The notes beneath the pieces were generated by a model, which worked only from the letters and a program-made list of their open reading frames with translations, had not been told where the DNA came from and made no database searches. This document shows positions 25,823 through 36,242 of a stretch of DNA of 64,000 nt, piece after piece. Both the position numbers and the translations under genes were made by a program. The first letter of the stretch is position 1; each line of letters begins with the position of its first letter. The stretch is from Burkholderiales bacterium. Lineage in GTDB: Bacteria > Pseudomonadota > Gammaproteobacteria > Burkholderiales > SG8-39. The stretch is taken from the NCBI GenBank assembly GCA_014860355.1, contig JACZJV010000062.1:759-64758 (forward strand). Direction: 5' to 3'.

Positions 25823-26599
25823 TCAATCCTTACTAATGGAAGGTTTGAATAATCGGAAGAAATTCGCAGTCGTCGCCGCCGCCACCGCTTCCAGGGAGGT
25901 TTCGCGCAAACGGGCGATTTCCTCTGCCACATGCCTGACCCAGCCCGGCTCGTTGGTTTTCCCGCGGTGCGGTACCGGAGCAAGATAGGGGGAATCGGTT
26001 TCCACCAGCATGCGCTCCAGCGGTATCGCTTTGGCCACCTCCTTGATGGAATGGGCGTTCTTGAAGGTGACTATGCCGGAAAAGGAGATATAGAAATCCA
26101 TATCCATGGCCGCCAGCGCAAACTCCATGGTTTCGGTGAAGCAATGCATTACCCCGCCTATCTCGCCGGCGCGTTCTTCGCGCAGGATGCGCAAAGTGTC
26201 GTCGCCGGCGTCCCGCGTATGGATGATCAATGGCTTGCCACAATCGCGCGCGGCCCGGATGTGGGTGCGAAAGCGCGCCTTTTGCCATTCGAGCTCGCCC
26301 TCCTGGCGATAGTAGTCCAGGCCGGTTTCGCCAATGGCGACGATTCTGGGGTGCTGCGCGCGCTCGAGCAGGTCCCCGAGCCCGGGACTGGCATCGTCGG
26401 CCTGGTCCGGATGCACTCCGACCGAGGCGTACAGCTGCGCATGGCCTTCCGCCAGAGCCAGGACGCGTGGAAAATCAGCGAGATTGACGGATACACACAG
26501 GGCATGTGTCACCTGATTCTGCGCCATGCCCTCGAGAATCTGCGGGATGCGATCGGCATATTGCTCGAAATCGATATGGCAATGCGAATCGACCAGCAT
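25823..26599 (-). CDS. TatD-family metal-dependent hydrolase (YcfH-like)
   Basis: MLVDSHCHIDF start, internal GETGLDYY and C-terminal ETDSPYLAP motifs. Follows holB. Confidence 0.9.
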   Translation of the reverse strand: MLVDSHCHIDFEQYADRIPQILEGMAQNQVTHALCVSVNLADFPRVLALAEGHAQLYASVGVHPDQADDASPGLGDLLERAQHPRIVAIGETGLDYYRQEGELEWQKARFRTHIRAARDCGKPLIIHTRDAGDDTLRILREERAGEIGGVMHCFTETMEFALAAMDMDFYISFSGIVTFKNAHSIKEVAKAIPLERMLVETDSPYLAPVPHRGKTNEPGWVRHVAEEIARLRETSLEAVAAATTANFFRLFKPSISKD

Positions 26600-26606
26600 G
26601 GCGGAT

Positions 26607-27617
26607 CTAGCCTATCTCTTTGTAGGCGATGAACAAGTCGTCGAAGAACAACCTGGTGTTCAAGGGGTGCTCGGAAATCGCCCGCAGCGATGACAGTGCA
26701 CTGTAAAAGCGCAGCAACTGCAGCAAGGGCATGCGTTCGGCCAGCAGGCTCAGTTTCCTTTCCTGGTCGATGTTGTATCGCGCCCTGCCCTTGCTCGCGA
26801 GCGCGATCAAATCGTAGGTCCACTTCAGCATCCAGTCGACCACGGGGCCAGGCTGCAGCCGCTGGCAGAAATCAGCCAGGCCCAGCGCGCTCGTGTTCGC
26901 CAGGCCGAGCAGGTCGAACAGCCTGCGACGCGTATCGGCCTCCTCGTCTGGCAGCGCAGCCGCTTCCAGGGGGGCGTCGCCGGCGAAAGCGAGCGTAGCG
27001 GGCGTGGCTTTGCTGCCCTGCTGCTGCAGCCAGCGCAGCGACAATTCCCGCGGCGGCAAAGTCAAGGCTAGCGCGTGACAGCGGCTGCGCACGGTAGCCA
27101 GCAGCCTGCTCGGCTGGTGCGAGACCAGCAGAAATACCACTCCGGCCGATGGCTCTTCCAGGTTTTTCAGCAAGGCATTGGCCGATCCCGGATTCATGCT
27201 TTCGGCCGGGTAGATCAACACTACGCGATAGCCGTTGCGATGCGAACCCAGGTTCAGAAAATCACTAAGCGCGCGAATCTGATCTATTTTGATTTGCTTG
27301 CTCGCCTTTTTCCTGGTTTCGTCGGCACCCTCGGCGGGTTCTGCCTCGTCCTGGGCAGGCGCCAGGGCTTCCGGCTGAACCAGGCGAAAATCGGGATGAT
27401 TGCCCGCGACGAACCAGGTGCACGCCGGACAGGCACCACAGGCCAGGCCCTGGTTCGACTTGTTCTCGCACAGCAGGGACTGGGCCAGAACCTGCGCCAG
27501 ATGCAGCTTGCCTATGCCGGGGCGGCCGTGGAACAGCAGCGCATGAGGCAGGCGCCCATGCATCGCGGCGAGCCGGCCCCATATCTCCTCCTGCCAAGGA
27601 AAGTAGTTTATTGACAT
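26607..27617 (-). CDS. holB: DNA polymerase III delta' subunit
   Basis: [14 protein letters not shown] Walker-like box and Cys cluster [10 protein letters not shown]. Follows tmk. Confidence 0.9.
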   Translation of the reverse strand: MSINYFPWQEEIWGRLAAMHGRLPHALLFHGRPGIGKLHLAQVLAQSLLCENKSNQGLACGACPACTWFVAGNHPDFRLVQPEALAPAQDEAEPAEGADETRKKASKQIKIDQIRALSDFLNLGSHRNGYRVVLIYPAESMNPGSANALLKNLEEPSAGVVFLLVSHQPSRLLATVRSRCHALALTLPPRELSLRWLQQQGSKATPATLAFAGDAPLEAAALPDEEADTRRRLFDLLGLANTSALGLADFCQRLQPGPVVDWMLKWTYDLIALASKGRARYNIDQERKLSLLAERMPLLQLLRFYSALSSLRAISEHPLNTRLFFDDLFIAYKEIG

Positions 27618-28222
27618 GCTGTTACGATATATTTCTCAAGTGCATTGCGAATGTCGGCGACGCTCCGGCTGGCGTCGATAACCTGGATTCTCTGCGGGTA
27701 GCGGGCAGCGCGCGCTAGGTAGACGGAGCGTACCCGGGCGAAAAAATCCAGGTTTTCCTGTTCGAAGCGGTCAGGCGCAGCCGTGGCCGCCAGGCGCCGC
27801 TCTTTGGCCTGTTCCACCGAAAGATCGAAAACGAATGTCAGATCGGGCTGCAGCCCTTGCTGCACCCAGCCCTCGAGGCTTTCAATTCTGGCCAGATCCA
27901 GCCCGCGCCCGCCGCCCTGGTAGGCGAAAGTGGCGTCGGTAAAGCGGTCCGAAAGCACCCAGGTTCCCGCGGCCAGGGCCGGCAGGACCAGCAGCTCCAG
28001 GTGCTCGCGCCTGGCAGCGAACATGAGCAAGGTCTCGGTTTCGAGGTGCATGGGCTGCGTCAGCAGCAGTTTGCGCAGTGCTTCCCCAAGAGGCGTGCCG
28101 CCGGGCTCGCGCGTCACGGCCACCTTCTTTCCTGCCGCTTCCAGGCGCGCGGCGATCCAGTCCAGGTGGGTGCTCTTGCCCGCGCCGTCGACGCCTTCCA
28201 GGGTAATGAACTTGCCGCGCAT
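27608..28222 (-). CDS. tmk: thymidylate kinase
   Basis: [19 protein letters not shown]-loop start at ATG 28222, one nt after the mltG stop; 204 aa. Confidence 0.95.
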   Translation of the reverse strand: MRGKFITLEGVDGAGKSTHLDWIAARLEAAGKKVAVTREPGGTPLGEALRKLLLTQPMHLETETLLMFAARREHLELLVLPALAAGTWVLSDRFTDATFAYQGGGRGLDLARIESLEGWVQQGLQPDLTFVFDLSVEQAKERRLAATAAPDRFEQENLDFFARVRSVYLARAARYPQRIQVIDASRSVADIRNALEKYIVTACQ

Positions 28223-28223
28223 G

Positions 28224-29228
28224 CTAGCGTTTCTTCTTTTGCCGCTGGTACCGGGATACCGCGCGTTCGTGTTCCGCCAGGGTGCGCGAAAATTCGCTCG
28301 AACCGTCGCCGCGGGCGACAAAATACAGGGCATTGGTATCCGCCGGGTTCAGCGCCGCCTGCAGCGCCGCGAGGCCAGGCATGGCAATCGGCGTAGGCGG
28401 CAGCCCGGCCCGCGTATAGGTATTGTGCGGCGTATCGGCGCGCAGGTCTTTGGTGCGCAGATTGCCATCGAATTTTTCTCCCATCCCGTAAATCACGGAA
28501 GGATCGGTCTGGAGCAGCATGCCCATGCGCAGGCGATTGACGAATACTCCCGCGACCTGCGCGCGTTCGTTCGATTGTCCGGTCTCTTTTTCGATCACCG
28601 AAGCCATGATCAAGGCCTCATAGGGGGTGCGATAAGGCAGGTCGGGGGCGCGCTGTTCCCAGGCCGCCTGTAGCCGCCTGTCCATTGCTGCGTAAGCCCG
28701 TTTGAGGACCTCCATATCGCTGCTGCCTACGCCGAAGCGATAGGTGTCGGGGAAGAACAGGCCTTCCGGGCTGCGATCGGCCGCACCCAAGCGGGCCATG
28801 ATGTCGCCATCGCTGAGATCGGCGCTCTCGTGCCTCAGGTCCGGATCGGCCTTGAGTGCCGCGCGCAGCTGCCTGAAGGTCCAACCCTCGAGGAATGTCA
28901 CCTCCGCCTGGATCACATCTCCCGAAGTCAGCTTGTCCAGCAAGGCCAGAGGCGTAACGCCGCCGGCGACTTCATAGCTGCCGGCCTGGATCGCGCCGGC
29001 CTTGTCCAACAGGCGCACGAGCAGCTTGAATCGCCAGGCGCTCAACTCGATGCCGGAATCGACGATCTGCCGCGTTGCGGTTTTCAAGCTGCTGCCCGGT
29101 TTGATGGAGAATTGCACCCGCTCAGCGCGCAGGTCCAGCGGGCTCGAGGCATACCAGCGCAGTCCCGCTGCCGCCAGCAGCGTCAAGCACAATGCGAGGA
29201 GAAGAATGCGGATGATCCACGACGACAT
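28224..29228 (-). CDS. mltG: endolytic murein transglycosylase MltG (YceG)
   Basis: N-terminal TM anchor and YceG-like core (EKETG....[25 protein letters not shown]). Confidence 0.92.
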   Translation of the reverse strand: MSSWIIRILLLALCLTLLAAAGLRWYASSPLDLRAERVQFSIKPGSSLKTATRQIVDSGIELSAWRFKLLVRLLDKAGAIQAGSYEVAGGVTPLALLDKLTSGDVIQAEVTFLEGWTFRQLRAALKADPDLRHESADLSDGDIMARLGAADRSPEGLFFPDTYRFGVGSSDMEVLKRAYAAMDRRLQAAWEQRAPDLPYRTPYEALIMASVIEKETGQSNERAQVAGVFVNRLRMGMLLQTDPSVIYGMGEKFDGNLRTKDLRADTPHNTYTRAGLPPTPIAMPGLAALQAALNPADTNALYFVARGDGSSEFSRTLAEHERAVSRYQRQKKKR

Positions 29229-29343
29229 TCGTTTGCGGGCTTATCCGTGAGGGGCTGACTGGAGATTGCCGAGGCTATAATTGACGCTTGAATTTCATAT
29301 TATCACGCATACTTAAGACATTATCCAAGTCTGCAGGACGACG

Positions 29344-30378
29344 ATGACTTCTACCTGGCAGGACTTCCTGCTCGCACGCGGGGCGCGCATCGAAGCGGGT
29401 GTGCTGAACCATTTCGGCGACGCTGCGGCCGAACTGCGCGCAGCTCGCGATGGCTGCATTGTAGCCCCGCTGACCCACCTGGGGCTGCTAGAGTTCAGCG
29501 GCGAGGACGCGCAGGCCTTCCTCCACGGCCAGCTCAGCAACGATGTCAAACAGCTCAGTCCTGGTCGCAGCGAGTATGCAGCCTACTGCTCGGCCAAGGG
29601 GCGCATGCTGGCGAATTTCCTGTTGTGGCAGGAAGGCAGGCATTATCAGCTGCAGCTTGCCCGCGCCCTGCTGCCGGCGATGCAAAAGCGGCTGGGGATG
29701 TTCGTACTCCGGGCCCAGGTGAAGCTGGCCGACGCGAGCGAGTCGCGTCCGCTGCTGGGCCTGGCCGGCAAGGGTGCCGCCGATGTGCTGCGTGAATTCT
29801 TTCCCGCGCTCCCGCAACAGGCGCATCAGGTCGTGCACGATGCGGCCGGCGCTACCCTGATCGCGCTACCGGGCGAGAGGTTTGAGTTGATCGCCGAACT
29901 CGAGACGGCAAAGAGGCTGTGGGACAGGCTGGCTGCCAGGCTGACTCCGGTAGGCACGCCCTGCTGGGAATGGCTGGAGATCAGGGGCGGCATACCTCTG
30001 ATCACCCCTGCGACGCAGGAGCAATTCGTGCCGCAGATGGCCAATATGGAGTTGATCGGCGCAGTGAGTTTTCAGAAAGGCTGCTACCCGGGGCAGGAAA
30101 TCGTCGCCCGCACCCAGTACCTGGGCCAACTCAAGCGCCGCATGCTCCTCGCCCATGTCGCGGGAGCGGCGCCGCCGCAACCCGGTGACGCCTTGTACTG
30201 CGACGACCCGGACGCACAGGCGAGCGGCACGGTAGTCAATGCGCAGGCGGCACCCGAGGGCGGCTACGACTTGCTGGCGGTGGTGCAGACGGCCAGCATC
30301 GGCCAGGGCGCGCTGCATGTTCAATCCGCCGACGGGCCGGTGCTGCGCATCCAGCCCCTGCCCTACCCGCTCCCCTGA
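29344..30378 (+). CDS. ygfZ: folate-binding YgfZ/CAF17-family protein
   Basis: Aminomethyltransferase-like fold sequence with signature KGCYPGQEIVARTQYLG. Confidence 0.88.
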   Translation: MTSTWQDFLLARGARIEAGVLNHFGDAAAELRAARDGCIVAPLTHLGLLEFSGEDAQAFLHGQLSNDVKQLSPGRSEYAAYCSAKGRMLANFLLWQEGRHYQLQLARALLPAMQKRLGMFVLRAQVKLADASESRPLLGLAGKGAADVLREFFPALPQQAHQVVHDAAGATLIALPGERFELIAELETAKRLWDRLAARLTPVGTPCWEWLEIRGGIPLITPATQEQFVPQMANMELIGAVSFQKGCYPGQEIVARTQYLGQLKRRMLLAHVAGAAPPQPGDALYCDDPDAQASGTVVNAQAAPEGGYDLLAVVQTASIGQGALHVQSADGPVLRIQPLPYPLP

Positions 30379-30388
30379 GGCCGCCTCG

Positions 30389-31153
30389 ATGTGCCTGATC
30401 CTGCTGGCGCTAGGCGCGCATCCCGACTACCCGCTGCTGATCGCCGCCAACCGCGACGAATATTACCAGCGGCCGACGGCGAAGGCGGCGTTCTGGCAGG
30501 ATCATCCGCACATCCTCGCCGGACGCGACCTGGATGGCATGGGCACCTGGCTGGGCGTGACGCGCGCGGGCCGCTTTGCCGCGCTCACCAATTTTCGCGA
30601 TCCGCGCGAGCGCAAAACCGATGCGCCCTCGCGCGGCACACTGGTAAGCGGCTTTCTCGCGTCCGCGCTGGATCCGCGCGCGTACCTCGAGGAAATTGCA
30701 GCGCAGGCGCGGCACTACAACGGTTTCAACCTGCTGGCCGGCGACATCGACGATGTGTTCTATTTTTCCAGCCGCGCAGGCGAGGTGCAACAGCTGTCGC
30801 CGGGCATCCACGGACTGTCGAATCATCTGCTGGATACGCCCTGGCCCAAAGTGGCGCGCGGAAAACAGCGCCTGCAGGCGATGCTGGCGGACGAACCCAG
30901 CGCCGAAGCGCTGCTCGAGCTGCTGCACGACCGCCAGCCGGCGGCGCAAGGCGAACTGCCCGATACCGGTGTCGGTGTGGACATGGAGCGCGTGCTTTCA
31001 CCGGCCCTGGTCGTTACGCCCCAATACGGAACCCGCGCCTCGACGGCGGTGCTGTTCGGGGGTGACGGCAGCGTCAGTTTCAACGAACGCACCGTACTGC
31101 GCGGCGGCGAAATCGGCGCTACGGTCGGCCTGCGCTTTCGCCTCGAGCGCTGA
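30389..31153 (+). CDS. NRDE-family (TANGO2-like, DUF833) protein
   Basis: Starts MCLILLA...LLIAANRDEYY, the family-defining N-terminal Cys and NRDE motif. Confidence 0.85.
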   Translation: MCLILLALGAHPDYPLLIAANRDEYYQRPTAKAAFWQDHPHILAGRDLDGMGTWLGVTRAGRFAALTNFRDPRERKTDAPSRGTLVSGFLASALDPRAYLEEIAAQARHYNGFNLLAGDIDDVFYFSSRAGEVQQLSPGIHGLSNHLLDTPWPKVARGKQRLQAMLADEPSAEALLELLHDRQPAAQGELPDTGVGVDMERVLSPALVVTPQYGTRASTAVLFGGDGSVSFNERTVLRGGEIGATVGLRFRLER

Positions 31154-31583
31154 TGAGATCGAGGCGCATCGCCACATGGGGAATGCCGGCTTCGATAAAC
31201 TCCGGCCCCGCGGCCTCGAAGCCGAAGCGCCGGTAGAATCCTGCGGCCTGAATCTGCGCGTTCAGGCGCACCGTCGCATGGCCATGGTCGCGCGCCAGTT
31301 TCACCAGTGCTTGCAGCAGCAGCGCCCCCACATCCAGGCCGCGCCATGCCTCCAACACCGCCATGCGCCCGATGTGACCATCGGGCAGCAGACGCGCGGT
31401 CCCGATCGCAAGGCCCTCGGGCGTATGCGCGAGCGCGTGCTCGCAATGCGGATCCTGCTCGTCGCACTCCAGCTCCAGCGGCACGCCCTGCTCGTGCACG
31501 AACACCAGCTCACGTACGCGGCGCGCCTCGGCGCGCGCCTCATCCCAATTGCAGATGCGGATGGAAAATGACGGTGTGAGCAT
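31119..31583 (-). CDS. GNAT-family N-acetyltransferase
   Basis: 154 aa. GRMAVLEAWRGLDVGALLLQALVKLARDHG is an acetyl-CoA-binding motif A-like segment. The upstream part of the 270-aa ORF is non-coding extension. Confidence 0.8.
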   Translation of the reverse strand: MLTPSFSIRICNWDEARAEARRVRELVFVHEQGVPLELECDEQDPHCEHALAHTPEGLAIGTARLLPDGHIGRMAVLEAWRGLDVGALLLQALVKLARDHGHATVRLNAQIQAAGFYRRFGFEAAGPEFIEAGIPHVAMRLDLISARGESAGRP

Positions 31584-31619
31584 GCCGGTTATAATACCCG
31601 CCTTCCTGGTGAGACGATC

Positions 31620-33590
31620 ATGCTGAGCCTGTGGGACGACAACGAAGCGGCGCAATGCCGCGGTGAACTGGCGTTGCGCGTCTACACCTCGCGCCTGCTC
31701 GGGCGCGACAAGACCCTGGTGCTGCACGGCGGCGGCAACACCTCGGTCAAAGTGGTGGAAACAAACCTGTTCGGCGAGGACGAAAATGTTCTCTACATCA
31801 AGGGCAGCGGCTGGGATCTGGAGACCATGGAGGCGGCCGGATTCGCCCCGGTACGGCTGGATCATCTGCAGCGGCTGGCGCGGCTCGAATCGCTGTCGGA
31901 CACGCAGATGGTGAACCAGCTGGCGACGCATATGCTCAGGTCATCGGCGCCGGCACCCTCGGTGGAGACCATCCTGCACGCCTGCCTGCCCCACAGGTTT
32001 GTCGACCACACCCACGCCGACGCGGTGCTGGCGATCACCAATACCGCCGACGCAGAGCGGCGCGTGCGCGAGCTCTACGGCGATACGGTCGTGGTGATTC
32101 CCTATGCCATGCCGGGTTTCGACCTCGCCCGGCTGTGCGCGCAGGAGTACCCGCGCCAGGCCGGCGCCAACACCATAGGCATGGTGCTGATGAATCACGG
32201 CATTTTTTCCTTCGGCGACAGCGCGAGGCTATCCTACGAGCGCATGATAGCCCTGGTCGGCCGCGCCGAGGATTATCTCAAGCGCAAGCGCGCCTGGGAC
32301 ATCGCGGCGCGCGCCGCTGCGCCGGCCGGCATCGACATGCTGCAGCAGGCACAGCTGCGGCGCGCGCTGTCGGACGCCGCGGGCGCTCCCATGGTAATGG
32401 CAACGCATGCGGACGCGGAGGCGCTGGCTTTTGCACAGCGCGAGGACCTGGAAGCGCTGAGCCAGCAAGGGCCGGTTACGCCAGACCATATCATCCGCAC
32501 CAAGCGCGTACCCATGCTCGGCACCGACGTGGACGCCTACACGCGCGGCTACAAAGCCTATTTCGATGAGCACGCGCCGCAGGCCAGGGAAGCCAAGACC
32601 ATGCTCGATCCGGCGCCGCGCGTGGTGCTGGCTGCGCATTTCGGCCTGGCTGCGGCCGGCAGAAGCGCGAAAGACGCCGCCATAGTGGCCGAGTTGTACC
32701 GGCACAATATGCAGGTGATGCAGCGCGCCGAGGCTTTGGGCGGATATCGCGCCCTGCCTGCGCGAGACCTGTTCGAGGTCGAATACTGGGATCTGGAGCA
32801 GGCCAAGCTGAAAAAGGGCGGCACGCCCCCGCCCTATGCCGGCGAAATCGCGCTGGTGACGGGCGCGGCTTCCGGCATCGGCAAGGCCTGCGCAGTTGCC
32901 CTGCTCGCGCGCGGCGCGGCGGTGGTCGCATTGGATATCGATCCCGCGGTCGAGACAATGTTCCAGCGCAAGGATTTCCTGGGGCTGCGCTGTGATCTCA
33001 CCGACGAGCATGCGATAGGCCGGGCGCTTGAGAGCGCGGTGACAGCCTACGGCGGTCTGGACATGCTGGTGCTCAATGCGGGCATATTCGCCGCCAGCCG
33101 CAGGATCGACGAACTCGCCACCGACGAATGGCGCAGGGTGATGGCGATCAACCTCGACGCCAACCTGTTCCTGCTGCGCGCCTGCCATCCCCTGCTCAAG
33201 CTCGCGCCCAAAGGCGGGCGTGTGGTGGTCATAGGTTCCAAGAACGTGCCCGCTCCCGGGCCGGGCGCGGCGGCGTATTCGGCGTCCAAGGCCGCGCTCA
33301 ACCAGCTCGCCCGTGTCGCCGCGCTCGAATGGGGGGCGGACGGAATACGCATCAACTCACTGCATCCCAATGCGGTGTTCGATACCGGCATCTGGACCGA
33401 AGCGGTGCTGGCGCAGCGCGCCAGGCACTACGGACTGACGGTGAGCGAGTACAAGACCAATAATGTGCTCAAGACCGAGGTCAGGAGCCGCGACGTCGCC
33501 GAACTCGCTGCCGAAATGTGCGGGCCACTGTTCGCCAAGACCACGGCGGCGCAGGTGCCGGTGGACGGCGGCAACGAAAGGGTGATCTAG
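31620..33590 (+). CDS. bifunctional class II aldolase/adducin-domain + short-chain dehydrogenase (SDR) fusion protein
   Basis: 656 aa. N-half carries LHGGGNTSVK...PSVETILHA...VDHTHAD (class II aldolase fold). C-half carries TGAASGIGKA, NAGI and YSASKAAL (classical SDR motifs). Confidence 0.88.
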   Translation: MLSLWDDNEAAQCRGELALRVYTSRLLGRDKTLVLHGGGNTSVKVVETNLFGEDENVLYIKGSGWDLETMEAAGFAPVRLDHLQRLARLESLSDTQMVNQLATHMLRSSAPAPSVETILHACLPHRFVDHTHADAVLAITNTADAERRVRELYGDTVVVIPYAMPGFDLARLCAQEYPRQAGANTIGMVLMNHGIFSFGDSARLSYERMIALVGRAEDYLKRKRAWDIAARAAAPAGIDMLQQAQLRRALSDAAGAPMVMATHADAEALAFAQREDLEALSQQGPVTPDHIIRTKRVPMLGTDVDAYTRGYKAYFDEHAPQAREAKTMLDPAPRVVLAAHFGLAAAGRSAKDAAIVAELYRHNMQVMQRAEALGGYRALPARDLFEVEYWDLEQAKLKKGGTPPPYAGEIALVTGAASGIGKACAVALLARGAAVVALDIDPAVETMFQRKDFLGLRCDLTDEHAIGRALESAVTAYGGLDMLVLNAGIFAASRRIDELATDEWRRVMAINLDANLFLLRACHPLLKLAPKGGRVVVIGSKNVPAPGPGAAAYSASKAALNQLARVAALEWGADGIRINSLHPNAVFDTGIWTEAVLAQRARHYGLTVSEYKTNNVLKTEVRSRDVAELAAEMCGPLFAKTTAAQVPVDGGNERVI

Positions 33591-33593
33591 GCA

Positions 33594-34634
33594 GTGCAAG
33601 TGGAAACCCTGCGCTGGCGCACAGGCCGGCTGGAACTGATCGATCAGCGGCGGCTGCCGCTGGAATTCGAATACGTCGCCTGCACCGATGCGCTGCAGAC
33701 CGCGGCGGCGATACGCGACATGGTGGTGCGCGGGGCGCCGGCGATCGGCTGCACCGCAGCCTATGGCGTGGCGCTGGAGGCGCAACGCCATGCGGGCGCG
33801 GCGCGCGCGCAGTTCGATACTGCGCTGCAAGCCGCATTCCGCGTGCTCGCTGCCAGCCGCCCTACCGCCGTCAACCTGTTCTGGGCAATCGAGCGAATGC
33901 GCCAGTGCCAGGTGCAGACCCGCAGCGGTTCTACCCGGGCGGCGGCCGACGCCATGCTCGAACTGGCGCATGCGATGCGTAGCGACGACATTGAAATATG
34001 CCGCGCGATCGGGCGCAACGGCGCACCGCTCATTGCGCAGGGCGCGCGCGTCATGACCCATTGCAACGCCGGCGCGCTTGCCACCGCGGGCCATGGCACG
34101 GCGCTGGGCGTGATCCGTTCGGCGCGCGACGCGGGCAAGCGCATCAGCGTGATCGCCAACGAAACCCGGCCCTATCTTCAGGGCGCGCGGCTTACTGCCT
34201 GGGAAATGGTGCAGGAAAACATTCCGGTGACCCTGGTGACGGACAACATGGCGGGCCACCTGATGCAGCTGGGCCGCGTCGATGTGGTCGTCGTCGGCGC
34301 CGACCGCATCGCGGTCAACGGCGACACCGCCAACAAGATAGGCACTTACACCGTCGCGGTGCTGGCCGAACGCCACCGAATACCGTTCTACGTGGCGGCA
34401 CCGCTTTCGACCATCGACATCGCCATCGCCGAGGGCAGCGCCATCCCGATCGAAGAGCGCGATCCGGCGGAGGTTACCGGTTTTCGCGGCCTGCACTGGG
34501 CACCCGAGGGCGTAGAGGTCGCCAACCCCGCTTTCGATGTCACGCCGGCCGCGCTGATCACCGGCATCATCACCGAAAGAGGCGTGATCATGCAGCCCGA
34601 TGCGAAGCAGATCCGCGCGCTGTTCGAAAACTGA
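33594..34634 (+). CDS. mtnA: S-methyl-5-thioribose-1-phosphate isomerase
   Basis: GTG start 3 nt after the upstream stop. eIF-2B alpha/beta/delta-like sequence (VRGAPAIG...RPTAVNL...THCNAGALAT...VGADRIA.NGD.ANKIGTY). Confidence 0.92.
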   Translation: MQVETLRWRTGRLELIDQRRLPLEFEYVACTDALQTAAAIRDMVVRGAPAIGCTAAYGVALEAQRHAGAARAQFDTALQAAFRVLAASRPTAVNLFWAIERMRQCQVQTRSGSTRAAADAMLELAHAMRSDDIEICRAIGRNGAPLIAQGARVMTHCNAGALATAGHGTALGVIRSARDAGKRISVIANETRPYLQGARLTAWEMVQENIPVTLVTDNMAGHLMQLGRVDVVVVGADRIAVNGDTANKIGTYTVAVLAERHRIPFYVAAPLSTIDIAIAEGSAIPIEERDPAEVTGFRGLHWAPEGVEVANPAFDVTPAALITGIITERGVIMQPDAKQIRALFEN

Positions 34635-35120
34635 TCAGGTCTCGAGGATCTCCACCGGCGTGCCCGGTGCTACCCGATCGAACAACTCGATGATGGCGCG
34701 GTTGTGCATGCGGATGCAGCCGATCGAGCCGGGGCTGCCCATTTGCGCATGGTCCGGACTGCCGTGGATATAGATGTAGCGCTGCATCGTGTCCACCTGG
34801 CCCAGGCGATTGAATCCCGGCTCGCAACCCGACAGCCAGAGTATGCGCGTCAGTATCCAGTCGCGGCCCGGATGGCGCTCACCCAGCGCCGGGGTGTAGA
34901 TCTCGCCGCTGGGCCTGCGTCCGATGAATATGGTGTTTTCCGCGACGCCTGCGCCGATTTTCGCGCGGATGATGTGGCGGCCGCGCGGCGTGCAATAACT
35001 GTCCTTCAGTTCCCCCGCGCCATTTCTGGACGTAGAAACAGAATAGCCGCGCAGCAAGCGGCCGCCCTCATCCAGCAGTTTCAGGGTTTGCCCGGCCAGG
35101 CTGATTTCTACGCGCGGCAT
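34635..35120 (-). CDS. YkuD-domain (L,D-transpeptidase catalytic fold) protein without signal peptide
   Basis: 161 aa. C-terminal IHGSPDHAQMGSPGSIGCIRM matches the YkuD HG..(S/T).GC(I/V)R active site. N-terminus MPRVEISLAGQ is not hydrophobic. Confidence 0.8.
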   Translation of the reverse strand: MPRVEISLAGQTLKLLDEGGRLLRGYSVSTSRNGAGELKDSYCTPRGRHIIRAKIGAGVAENTIFIGRRPSGEIYTPALGERHPGRDWILTRILWLSGCEPGFNRLGQVDTMQRYIYIHGSPDHAQMGSPGSIGCIRMHNRAIIELFDRVAPGTPVEILET

Positions 35121-35121
35121 C

Positions 35122-36013
<892 letters not shown>

Positions 36014-36242
36014 GGCCTTTCTCCTTTGGTCGACTGTCGCCAATTATACCTATTACCGCCATGCCCCGGCGTCCTCAGGAACCATGCAACCTGGCTGTGT
36101 GAATAGCGGCAACGATTGCGGGCGTTCCTTGCGCTCTCAAATGCAGGTAGGCATGATGCGCTATTGCTCCGGACGCCGTACTCGCCTTCCGGGGGAAGAC
36201 GGCGAGCCCATGCGGACAGTGAATACACAGCGGTTTGGATGA

